64,000 bases of DNA from Amoebophrya sp. A120 (Eukaryota; Protista; Dinoflagellata). Location of the stretch: assembly GCA_905178155.1 (NCBI GenBank), contig CAJINV010000001.1, forward strand, positions 1,371,363 to 1,435,362. The letters are read 5' to 3'. The first letter of the stretch is position 1, and every line of letters starts with the position of its first letter. Both the position numbers and the translations under genes were made by a program. Under the pieces are notes generated by a model. That model was not told the origin of the DNA. It ran no database searches and saw only the letters and a list, made by a program, of their open reading frames with translations. This document shows positions 47,388 to 59,800 of the stretch, one piece after another.

Positions 47388-49347
47388 TTCTTGTAGAAAC
47401 TGGTAAAATCTAGCTCAGGGTGTTTGAGCAGGGTAAAGACGTGTAGTTATTTTCACGTCAGAGAGGCGACCGCACTTCTCTTTCCTAGTCGTAGTCGACG
47501 TGTGCCAGATTGCGAAAAGAAGAAAGATGAGCACACAACTTTAACTTTTGTCGTCCTGAGGAGATCCGAATTTTTTTTCCACCAAATCATGAAACTCTTC
47601 AAAAAGCTTCACGACAAGAACTCCAGTCTGTAGGCTGCAGGCGTGCGAAGATTATGTTCCATAATTGATTATGCTCAGCGTCAGCCTCAGCACACAAACG
47701 CAGCGTGCGTGCAGTTGTCCTGCGTCTTCGCTCTGGTTTTCATCGAAAATAAATAATCCGGTGAGAGCCTGGCTACCGCAAGGCGATGAGGAAGAATTCC
47801 GTGCGTCCGTGTTCGTCTGGTCGACTCGGTCCGCTTTGCAGCTGTACTTTATTCATCGCATTTGTAGTACTTCGCTATTCGTCAGCTCGAGCTAGTAGCC
47901 CCAGAACCTTCATATATCATCGTCGTCCGTGGAGATGAGAGTGAAAACTTGTTGGGGTCGTAGGATGTGTCGCAGAGGGTAAGTAGTAGTCGTGCTTTCC
48001 ATTATAATTTTAAGTTCAACTTGCATCTTCGTCACCGTTTTTAATTTCATCTACATCTTCGCAATTGATATAATCTTGCGTTGGAACCCTGGCATTCATA
48101 TTTCTGTTTGGGGGTCTGTGTCTTGTACTTAAAAAACCTGATGAAACAAAAATGTAGGAAAGGAGAAAGCAAGTTAGTTGTGTGGAACCATGTATCATGT
48201 TCACATCGAAGAAAAAAAAACTGCAAAGATGTTGTTTATGCCGACGAGCAAGTTCAAGGTGTACGAGCTACGGCTACTCCGCCTCGTCCGGTGCATGAGT
48301 CACGTTCGCCCTGGGCGCCAAGGTAGTGCCGTGCCTTCGTTCTATGCGGCCAATTCGAAATAATCAGACCTGTACGATGAAACTTCCCGCCCCTGGAGGG
48401 AAGGGAAGTCGTGATAAGGGCCTGGCGCCCAGATGCGCTACCAGAGGTAGACGCATCAATTCTCGCAAACTAAGCGGCAAAACGCCGCTGCTCCTGGTGA
48501 GTAATGTAGGGCGGCGCCTGCAATCCAGCGCGCGACCCCTCGCCCCTGGTGGGTGTTCTCTTCTTGAGGACGATCCCAGCTCTGGAAGCTGGAGCGCACT
48601 GCACTATGCTCCTGGCGAGTGAGACGGCGGAGGGCCGTCCGCGTGCTTGACCTGAGCAGCACAGCACCACACCGCGCCCGACCAGTCCGAGGCGGGCCCT
48701 TTAGTGTGCTGCCGCGTCGTGTGCAAATAGGCCCGGCATGGCGCGCCCCTCCCGGCGGCCTTGTGCCGTATTGGTGGAGGAGGCGCACCGTCGTAAGCCT
48801 TACCGCCTCACGTAGTGCGCAGCACGCAGCCGGCGGCACTTGCCGAAGATTGGCGAAAACGGTGGGGCCTGCGCTATTCTGGAAAGCCTAGCCTGGGCTG
48901 GCGCCCTCAACCCCCTGGCGGGGCCGCAAGAACGTTTGCGGGAGGCGGCGCAAGAGGCGGCGGAGGCTCCGCCTGCGTGACCCGCCGCCGCCACAGCTTG
49001 CGCCCTACGTTCTGCCCGTCCGGCAATTGCCGGATGTCCGTGGAGCCGCTCCGGAAGCGCAACTCCCTACGCACGTAGCGTAATTATTCTGTGTCAGTGC
49101 GCCCGGTGTGCACCCTCTGAATAATGCTGCTATAAGGAGCCAGTGCTCGTCGAAGCAGGGCAGCACAGCGCGCCCATTTCCCTTCATGCACGCTGCTCTC
49201 CTTCTGCTTCCACGACTTGAGGCCGTGTGTCGCGTTGCAGGGTTTTCGCACGTCCTGCTCCCACAGCCGTGCTGTCAGACGGATCATCGCAAGTATAGCC
49301 TGGTCAAAGAGCGAGCGCCGCATCTGTTTGAAACAAGAGCGGATCAT

Positions 49348-49374
49348 ATACATACATACATACATACATACATA
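49348..49374. repeat. (TACA)n microsatellite
   Basis: atacatacatacatacatacatac. Confidence 0.85.
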
Positions 49375-49868
49375 CCTGGACGATGAAACTGAAATATGAT
49401 AGCGTCCACCTCCTCAGACTCAGTTATGCATATGTTGCAGCCACCTAATACTTTTCAAATAAAGTTAGTTCTTGCGCTAGAAGTATAATAGCAGAAGAAC
49501 TCATTACTGCACGAAAACTGTAAAAAATAAACATACATACAGGCACGCGCGCAGTTGCGGAGCTGTGACCAGAATGTATGATGTTGCGGAGTTTGAACAA
49601 GAACGAGGCTTTTTCCAAGAAATCGTACGGTCATGCACGACGGTCACCAGCAGGTCCTGATCCTCTAAGGGCGTCATCCGTATCCGCGTCTCAAGCAAAA
49701 AACTGACGCGACCGGTTCTGGCAAGAAGACCAGCAGTGCAGCCTGGAGGTGCAGTTTGATGCTGGGCCAGCGTTAATACATACATCAAGAAGTAATACTA
49801 ATACCTTTCACAACCGCAGCAGCTGGAGCTACTTCGTAGCTGAAATAGATTTGGTCGAACGGGAATCT

Positions 49869-50165
49869 TATCCACTGCAAATATCCACCCTGGATCATCA
49901 TGTCTGGAACACAGCAACTTGTCATGGAAAATCCGAACCATGCAAAAATCTGTGTTGCATGATTACCCAAAGCGTTCCATTTTCGACCAAGTTACGGCGA
50001 GGAGGTTTCTCATGCAGGATAGGCACCACGATAGAGTTAGAGATCGCACAGACTCTGTCGCGCTAGGTCCTGCATAACTCATCCAGACTTCACGATGGGT
50101 CATGGAAAACCTGCATGACAAATCGCGCATTCTTCCGATCCCAGACCACATATTTGCAATGCATA
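49869..50165. mobile_element. Degenerate introner F1
   Basis: Body similar to 26055-26323; DR aatct/agcct. Confidence 0.7.
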
Positions 50166-50223
50166 AGCCTGTACCTGCCAGCAGGTTGGGTGTCTACAAC
50201 GGACGCGACCGCCGCAGCTGGAA

Positions 50224-50479
50224 TATGAGGATGCACATCATAGCTCCTCCTCCCCCTCATTTGTATTATGCAAAATACAACTAGACCCAGCACTTCTTGC
50301 GTTGAAGGACTCTCTGCATTATATATAACAAGCGTCGGTGGATCCTCAAACAGTACTACAATCGTCCATGTGCTGCACCAACTGTGTCATGCGGAAGCTG
50401 CATTGCTGCCGTTGCTTGTGTTGCAGTACTCATTCCCTTCAAATGAGTGGGTGGGGCAGTTCAGTTGTGCGCTCTCATA
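50224..50479. mobile_element. Introner F5
   Basis: TIRs; DR tggaa. Confidence 0.8.
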
Positions 50480-53208
50480 TGGAAAAGAACAGGTCCAGAA
50501 TTGCTGATGGATTCGTGATGTTGTCTCTCTTGATTTTCAATTCCGATGTGGTTGTGAGACTGAGAATGAAGACACCCGTTCTACTAGCCGTTGGACGAGA
50601 TACATAAGTACATGAAAAAGAAAAATGCAGAGTTGTGTACGTATATTACAAAAAATAAAAACAGTACATCAACTTCTACGGCGACGATCATCTACAACTG
50701 TGGTAGGCCCAACCACAGACATCCGTCAATTTTCACGTACTATTTGTTTTTGGTATCTGTAAAAATATTTATATAATGGATGTTGTTGCTGGTGCCCGCC
50801 GTGCAGCCTTCGTGTCCGTTTGCGCCAGTTCAGATTTGTTTCTTTAGAGATAGATTGTCGAGGATATCGCAGCAAACTCGCTTAAAGTACATTTCGTTCT
50901 CGATCTGCAGGTTCGTCTCAAACGTGAATCTTCTGGGGTGTTACGGCGCAAAGAAGTTGGTTTTCGAGATAACACCGAGCGGGAAAATATGTATTGCGAA
51001 TTATGTGGCCTCTTTTTCTGGAAGATCGCTACATTTGTCATGCATGCAGGTAGATGAGTTGTCGTATAGGATGAATTGCACCCAAATACGTATTAAGAAT
51101 CCAGCAGACCTTACATCGTATCGTATTACGAAACCACGAAAAAAGCGAGGAAAGCATTTCAGCAGCTAATTTCTTCAAAAGCGAAAACGGCGGACCTTGT
51201 GCCGTATTTGCGCAAAAACGGAGGCAATAGCAGAGCAGCTGAATTGTCACAAAGCGAAGCAATTCAGCGCAGAAAGACAAAGCAGCCTATCTCGGTCGAT
51301 CGGGCATATACGGCGTATTTCCCGGCAAAAGCCATTGACAAGTTTTACAGGCGCCTTCGATAGAAGCGCTCGCCTACCAAGGCCGGTAACGCGGGAAGCC
51401 TGCGCCTGCGCGGGCGCTAGGCCTGTGGCGCGACGGGCCGTGTGCGTGCGTGCCGAGGTTTTCCGCATAGCAGTAGCACTGCTTTAAAGCAAAACCGAAA
51501 ATAGGCAGCGCGCGCGCCCTAATTTCGCAGGCACGGCAGCATGCGAAAAAGGGCCCGGGGGGGGGGCGGGGGGGGGAGGCCGCGCGCAAGCGTTATGGGT
51601 TACGCCAGGCGCGAGGCGTGCCGAAGTAGTTAGACCGGGAGGCTTGCGGCAATTTGCTCGGAACGCTGCCCCGTCACACGCGCAACCATGGGCATGGTCC
51701 ATGCCCAGGGCCCGGGAGAGCATTCCTCGGCAGGACCCCCGCGAACTGGCTGCGGTAGAACGCAGCACGTGCAGCTTTTTACCCGTTGCGCCATGCTTTG
51801 GGCCCCGAACAATCAAGCCTGCGCGGATCACATGATAATCACGTCCGTAGTCACGTGATAATCACATGATTTTTGCGGTCCATAAGCCATCTTGAGTTGT
51901 TTTCATCACGTGATAATCACATGACTATCACGCGATGACAACCCCGGAAAGGCGACTGCTAAAGTTGCAAGATATGACGCGCCCCCCGTCATACGTCAAA
52001 CCCAAAGCGGCGAAACAGTAAGGATTCACGAAGAAAACGGAGCAAAGACGAAAGTCGAACGCATGAGCTATATTGTAACAATTCAGATCGCGCCAGGAAC
52101 TGCGCAAAAAAAAGTCAAAAAAGCAACTCAGCATAGGACAACTCAGATTACTGCATGCATGTCTAACATGACTCGAGAATCAATCTGTGATGCATGGGCG
52201 CGAAGATGTACTTCTATCTGTCATTCCAAAGAAGCAAAGCCTGTCTGTCATTCGGAATACGCAACCCAGGAGCTCAAAAATTTGTCATGTTTGGCTGCGC
52301 GTTGCAGCGTGCCTATCATTCATATATCATTTTTAGCATTGCAACTTTCCAGACCCAGACATATTCGCAATGCATATTAGAAAATGGAAAACCGGCTTGA
52401 CTTGTTCACCGTGGTCACGGACCGCTTATGTACTGCAAAGGTACTATCGCACTCGTACAAATTGCAATCATGCAAGACAAATCTGGTTTCCTACTGGAAT
52501 CTGCATAAGAAATTGCAACTTTCCTCTTGAGAAAATTTGTAATGCGAAACATACAAGTTATTGGGTAAAAAAATCATGCATACATGGACAGATGATAGCC
52601 GAGGTGGTGCTCATACTGTTCGCGGCCTATTACATAGCCCAGGAGCTGTCCGAGTTTACTAGTATCAGAAAAACGGAGAAGTGTATGCAGGTAAGGAGGG
52701 GAGTTCTTTTACTCTTGTGTGGTAAAATTATAGATGCTGTGTGATGTTGAAAAGCAAAGAAAAAGCGAAAAAAAATGCTGTGTGATGAAAATAGAACCAA
52801 TTCCCCACAATAGAACCAATTCCCTTTCCCCACCCACGTCGACCTTGACCACGGGATGTTGATTCTTGGCTCTGTTCCAAAAACTCATGCTGAAAGCCTT
52901 TCAGCATGGGGTAACTAAGGAAAGGCACCCCATGTCCATGTGAAAAAAAAAACAGGACGGCTGGATCATAATGGATTGCCCGAATTTGTTGATATTGCTC
53001 CTCGTTTATTACGCAATCACGACGCGCGTCCGGGCCTTCAGCGCAGCCGGCGGGTCGGTGAGCACGGACAGCGCCAATCTTCAGGCGATTCTGTGCGACT
53101 CCACGACATCAAAAATAGCCTACTATGTCAAGGAGATGCAGCGGAGTTGGAACGCTTCCAGCGCCGTGTTGGTTTGGTGGCTGAAAGCGGTGAAGAAACA
53201 TGTGACCA

Positions 53209-53489
53209 TATCCTGTGTAAAAACGTCCCCACACCAGAGTTCCACATGGGAAATCTGCTAAACAAATCCCAGAGCTTTGGTTGTTTGGCATGACAAATTT
53301 GGACGCGTAGTGTAGTGCTGTTTGAGCTAGTTCAGCAGCATTACAGATCTAGTAGCTCATGCTGATTGGAGCATGACAAATTTCAAAACCGCATTAGAAA
53401 ATGCTTATCATGGGGCTCCGCATGAGAAACATTTTAAGCATGCAGAGTTGCATGACAACTATGGTGTGGGGACGTTTTTACACAGGATA
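53209..53489. mobile_element. Introner F2
   Basis: Perfect ~27-bp TIR; DR gacca. Confidence 0.92.
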
Positions 53490-53535
53490 GACCATCGCGA
53501 TGAACACGACACTGAAGTTGTACAACCGGGGCAAC

Positions 53536-53684
53536 TATGAATTGCAAAAGCATCGTACTCGTATAAATGCATTACAGATTTCCTCAGCATGAGAGAAAAA
53601 AACTGTAATGCAGATTTGCCTTGGGAACAAGATTTGTAATGCAAGCCTTGCATTTATACGAGTGCGATACTTTTGCACAGGATA
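53536..53684. mobile_element. Introner F3
   Basis: TIRs; DR gcaac. Confidence 0.9.
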
Positions 53685-53878
53685 GCAACAAGCTCTTCAT
53701 CTCGTTCTTCGTCATCTTTCCGTCGATCTTCCCATCATGCGGAAAAAAGCATCAAGCTGACAAACCTCGTGTTCGTACGACGGGGAAGATCGGGCCTGAC
53801 AAGAACTCCCGGCCGCCGCACCGTGGTGGGCCGCTACGAAATAGCTGCTGCCCGCGGCAGCGTTTTTATTTCTGCATC

Positions 53879-56800
53879 ATGACGGGTTGGCTGTTTAGCG
53901 ACTGCTACGTCTCTATCAAATGCAAAAACTATGTCGGGGTCTGGAGGGATGCAAACTTGTCATGCTAGATCTGAAGGATGCAAAAAATCTGTGTTGCGCG
54001 ACTACCAACAGCCGTCCTTTTTTACCAAGTTGAGAGGGAATTTCTCATGCAGGATAGGCATGATAGAGATCTCGCAGAATTTGTCGTGCTAGTAGGCTTT
54101 CGCTGCATAATTCCGGACGCGGACCTCATGGGTCATCGAAAACCTGCATGACAAACAAGGTCCACGCGTGGGGACAGGGTCCCCGCGCTGGGGCCTTGTG
54201 CCCATCCCCAGTGGCCGCGCTAGGTAGGGGAAGGGTGTTCGGCATCGGGGCGGAGAGCGTCCGCTCCTCGCCTCACACCAGGCGCGCGCATAGTGGCTTA
54301 GTGCGCGAAGCACTAGTGGGGGGAGGGTGTTCGGCATCGGGACAGACAGCGCGCGCCCCTCGCCTCACACCAGGCGCGCGCGTGGTGGCTCAGTGCGCGA
54401 GGCGCTAGTGGGGGAGGGGTGTTCACTTGTCGCGGCCACCTGTCCGTCGTGGCCACCTGTCCGTCGTGGCCACCTGTCGCCGGGGGTATGCGTTACCAGA
54501 GCCCGGAAGGAGCCAAGCAATGTAGATATTGATCTGGCAACATCCTTCCAGACCCAGACATATTTGCACTCGATAGTCTGTTCCGGCGGTACAACTTCAA
54601 GTACGACAGAGCAAGAGGAGCAGCGACTCGTTGAAAATGAGAAGAAGTACAACCTCCATATTGTGAGGAAAAATTCCCCCTCTCCACCATATCGGACAGG
54701 AAATTTGTGATGTTGGATTTGCGTAAGTACACAAATCGGTTTGTACTGCTAGAAGGGCAAGAGACGCAGTTGTGGCCTTATTTGCAGAAGATTTGTCATG
54801 CTGTTTCCCACTTCCAGAAGCCTCGTTTCATGCTGAAGATGCAAGGCCTTTCCACGCCAACCAGCACTACAGTCCGCATCTCTTGTTCCCTTCTTGCGTG
54901 ACAACATGATTTGTGGTCACAAATCAGCATCACAAAAATCCAGTTTGAGTACTATCTGGTGAGGGGATTTTTCATTTTGATACTGCAGCAGCCACAACTA
55001 CAACACGGTCGTGCCCCATTCGCGCCAACCACTCTCTCTGGCCGCTGGAACGGAACGACAGAACAAACAGTCGGCGTCGTAGTTACCGAGCACGCCGAGC
55101 CGGTCTATGAAGAGGATGTCGACACCGAGACCGACGTCTCGTCTCTGCTCGAAATGACTTATGACGTTGACGCACCAGCACGTGTACAAGAACTTCCCAC
55201 GAAAGCTACAGCAAGCAGGACGTCGCGAGGAGGCAGCTTCACGGCTTTCAATGAAGTAGATCTGCGCGACAGTGGCCACGGCGTTCTAGACGATGAAGAG
55301 GCAATATTATTGCCTCTTCATTATAAAACACCGACGAGGTGGTCGTATCCTGTGCAAAACAAGCATCGTATCGTGCTCGTACTCCTACCACTCACAGTCC
55401 TGCGTGACCACAAGTCTCCCTTTCATAAAGGTAAATCAGCATTATTCAACTTGAATATAGGTAATTTGTGATGCAGTGTATACAACTAGTGCGATTTTTG
55501 CATAAATGATGATTGCGATGCTTGTTTTGCAATGCATACGAGGACGCGGCCGGGGCCGAGGCCCGCAACTTCTTGCCGGGCCCGGAACAAATCAGTTTGG
55601 CGATGAACATCAACCAGGAGCGTGCCGACCTGCCGCTAGTAGGGGGACCAAAAAACGAGACAACGAGTCTGTTGGAAAAATTTGGGACCGAGACGTCGAC
55701 GGGAACCTCCACAGCGAAATTTTTTTTGGAAAAATTTGGGACCGAGACGTCGACGGGAACCTCCACAGCGAAATTCGGGAAATTCCAGCAGGAGGAAATG
55801 GAACACGAACAGCAGCAGCGGTTTATTACCATGAAAAGTGCCCCCTCCACCCTGGAAGTTGCAAAATAAATTTGTGATGCAAAGTTTCATCCAAATCCGG
55901 AAGGTTTTTGTGCGGCATGAAAGGACTGAGCTGAGTCTTACTGATGCGGAATCCAGGCGAGAAGGGCATGATCTTTGACAACATAACAGATCCGGCTGGG
56001 GCCTGGCGCTTCGATGCAACACAAACTCTAGTAACTGTTCCCCATTGAAAATTTATGTTTGTGATGCTGGTGAGAGATGCAAGATGGGGAATGTTTCCTC
56101 CATTGGAAAGTTTTACAACAATGCCAATGCTTCTACGTTCTGCTGCGCGGGGGGCATTTTTCATTGGAATACTGGTGGGACACTTAACGACGGTCGCGCG
56201 GATGGAGAAGAGGGGGGTCTCGGAGTGGACGGAAGTGATGAAGAAAAAGGCCAAGGAAGCGTGGGAAGGCACGCTGTCCTTTCTCATGAAGTATTTTGTT
56301 CCAATTATGCATCGCAAGAGTATCGCACTAGTATAAACGACAGATTTGCTTAGCACGAGGGATGGAATTTGTAATGCGGATTGACCTTTAGCTTTACCTT
56401 TAGAATATGACTTGTAAATGTATACTTAAATGGGAAGGTTACTACCAGTACGATGACGATACATTTGCAATGCATACCAAACAGGCAGGTGAAACAGTGG
56501 AAAAAAGCCGTCACGGAATATCTTATCAAAGGGAAAATCTCCCCTCCCCTTATCAAAACAAAACTTTGACGCTGGATTTGGATACACAAATCAGATTTGT
56601 GTTGCAGTAGAGGACTGCACGCAGACCCTAAGCCTAGGAAAGGGTCTTTTGGTGTAAGCGCCTAGCATGGTAGACGGCTACCCTGTAGGCCTTGCAGCAT
56701 TATAAGGCGCCTGCATAGCGTTAACGTGGCGGACAGCCTGAATGTGCCTTCTTGCAAGACCGACCCGATTCGTGGCCACAAAGCAATCTGCGTCAAAGGA

Positions 56801-59800
56801 TGCGCTCTGTCTCAAGATGGGGAGGGAGGATGTTTCCTTGCAATATATCTGAGGCAGTATCAACCGCAAACCCACATATGGCTGGGTCTGGAAGATTGTT
56901 GGACTTGTCTGTCATGTTGCAGGTTTTCCATGACGCATATGATCTGCAATGGAGGACCTAGCTCGGCAGATTCCGCGAGATTCCTACCATGACTGCTATT
57001 GATTCTGCATCAGAAACTGCCTCGCAGCTTGATCAAAAGTGGACAGCATATCATATGGTAAAGATGCACCACTACATTAGATTTTTGCATGATTCCGATT
57101 TATTAGTGTGACGAGTGGCAGAGTCCCAGACCCAGACATATTTGGATTTGATAGGCAGCAATTGTCGACGATTATTGCCACGGTGGCCGAGAGTGTCGTG
57201 CAGTTTGTGCCCGGGCTTACGACTGTATTGGGCAAGCTGCTCTACTTATCCCAAGAAAAAAGTGTTTCACTGTGATGATTTTGCAAATTTTGTACCACAA
57301 GTTTGTCACACATGACACGGAAAATCTGCCATGCGCGCTTTCCAAAGGAAAACACGTTTATAAAAATCCAGTGTCTTGCAGCTGTAACAAGACAAATAAT
57401 TATAATTCTGTGCTCCATTGCATGCGTAACATGTTCACAGTGACACAGTTTTTTCTCGCGATACTACTGGGGCTTTGGCAAAATGCAACTCGAGGTATCA
57501 ACTGCAAATATGTCTGGGTCTGGACAAAGAGTGGAACTTGTAATGCTCTCGGCGGATTCAGATTCTAAAAGGATCTGCGTTGCATGAGCAGCAAGAGGGG
57601 TCCAGTTCTTGGCACGCGGAGAGGGCATTTCTCATGCGTAATTAGAATCAAGAAGCTCTCAGAAAATCAAAATCTGTGATGCTGGCACCAGCGTCACAGA
57701 CCTCACGGGTCATGCAAAATGTGCATGACATCAAGCCCCGCCTCATCCAGACCAAGACATATTTGCATTCTATACAAAGAGCTAATCGACCCCGCGCTGA
57801 ACGTAATCGTTGACGTGCTGCGCTTCAAGGTGTTGAATCCGCTCTTTGAAAGAGCACTGAAGTACTTGAGCCACGAGGCCGCGGAAGTCATTCACCATAA
57901 GCTGACAAACATGGCGAACGAGCTGGCTGATTACGTCACAAAAAAAGGGGAAGGATGGTGGAATGCACTCTCGCATTCGCACAAAGAAGAGAAACCAGAG
58001 GGGGAGAAGAAACCAACCCAAACGCAAACCCTCGAACAGCTCGTGAGCAACCAACTCGCCAAAGACGAACGCGAAGAGACTCAAACGGACGCGACAGCAG
58101 CTGCTACTGAGATAAAGAACGGCATAGCCGCCCACCTTCAACAGCGCAAAGTGAGTCTCGATGAACAGCACTACACCAGCACAGCGGCCCAAGCAAGCCC
58201 GAGCGATACGCTGGCAATACAGACGAGTGATGTGGTGCAAACAGTGCGCGACGTGATCTCCACTAAAGGAGAGCAGATCTCTGAGTGGTGGACGGGTGTT
58301 GTCCATTCGGTGCAAGATTGGCATCATAACGTAGAAGGGGGCTTGGTGATACCGAGTCTCGATGCGATCACGAAGGAATTCCAGAAAATTTGGTTCGGAA
58401 TCGTTCACAAGCTGTTCAATTCGGTGTTCGTACACAAGGCAGTGGAGTTTTTTTGTCTTTTGCTTTGTAATTCCCTGGTCATCAGGGTCGTGGCCCGGCT
58501 TGGCGACGTCTTGTACCTGGTCCTTGACCCCGTTTTCAAACTCTCACCGGGCGTGGCCGGTCTGCCGCTGCAGCTTTTCGTGCAGACCTTCCTTGTCGGT
58601 GTGGTTCCGATCCTCTCGCAGAAGCTGTCATCGTTTTTCAAAAAGAAGATGACCGGCTTCGTTGCAAAGGCCTTCGACTTGCCTAAGGCTGAAGAGGACA
58701 GCACGCCGGAAGCGCTCGACGACTACGAAATGCTGCAGCGGCAGCGCAAAAGAGCGAATAAAGCGCACAAGAGCCACGTGGAGCACGCGGACTGGCACCG
58801 AAAGGAAAAGTCGAGCGCGCTGCAACGCTGGGCACAGCCACTGGATGGGGATTCTGCTGAGCCCTTACTAGGAGGCGGCCGGCTCCTAGATTCTGAAAAC
58901 ACGACGAGCAGGTCCGCGCCATATGCCTACACAGCCCGGGTCTCGCGTCTGCTTGCCGAGTTTGCGCGACGGCGCAACCGGCAGCGGGCCGGTGAACGTG
59001 CGCGCATTCTGGGGCAGAGCAAGGCTCGTCATTTGCGTGCAGCCACAGACGCAACAACGATGGAGGTCGCGGGCCGGTCCTCGTTTATGGAGCTCAGTTC
59101 TGCCAATGCTGGGATCCAAACACGAACACTACCAGCGACCAACACCCGAGAGTTCAGACTGAGAATCATGTCGGGTATAAAGGTGGCCGTGGACTCACAG
59201 CTGAAGTCGCTGCTCCACAATGGCCTCACCGCTCTGTTCCATGTATTCCACGACAAATCCAAGCCGACCGCACACGGGAATGCCGGTGAGGCACTACAGG
59301 TCGCCGCGGATTCAGTCGCCAAAGTGATACAAGATGTAAAGGAGGGGTCCACGGCCGGCGCCGCGAGCGAGACACAAAAGATCCTGGACGAAGAACAAAT
59401 CAAAACCGGTGATGTTGGGGACCCCGCTGCTCGTTTGGCTGTCGGTATCGCCGAACAGATGTCCGCAAACGGCCAGGACCCAATCGTGGCCAGGACTGGT
59501 GGGGCGAATGCGGCCGCCGGCAGTAATTTAGAAATTCGTTTACTGGAGGACAAGGTCGACCGCAGGGCTCTGGTCCCCGCGGGCCGCAGCGGGAAGCAGC
59601 GACCGCCCGGTGGGTGGTCGGCGCTGGAGCGGCCTCAGCAAGGGTTCGCTCCGCCGCTGGTAGCTGCACGTAGTGGGCAGATGAAGTTCTCGGCCACGAC
59701 CGGCGATGCAGACGAGCTGCGGCCCGTGGCGGCACACGATTCTTCGCACGTGCACGACACCCAACACCAGCGCTCTTTACGTCAAGTGTCGCGCCAACGA

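Larger units (their letters stand above)
52598..53730 (+). pseudogene. Polycystin-2 / TRPP cation-channel-like fragment
   Basis: Reads EVVLILFAAYYIAQELSEF, then GT-AG intron 52691-52955, then DGWIIMD..NLLILLLV..IAYYVKEMQRSWNA..AVLVWWLKAVK..KLFISFFVIF. This resembles PKD2 S2-S5 but is divergent and lacks the pore. Confidence 0.55.

Noticed and set aside
48370-49100. GC-rich block as a gene or mobile element
   Set aside because: No convincing protein, terminal repeat or second copy in the window.
51843-51852. Relic spliced leader TCCGTAGTCA
   Set aside because: Only a 9 of 10 match and the rest of the leader is absent.
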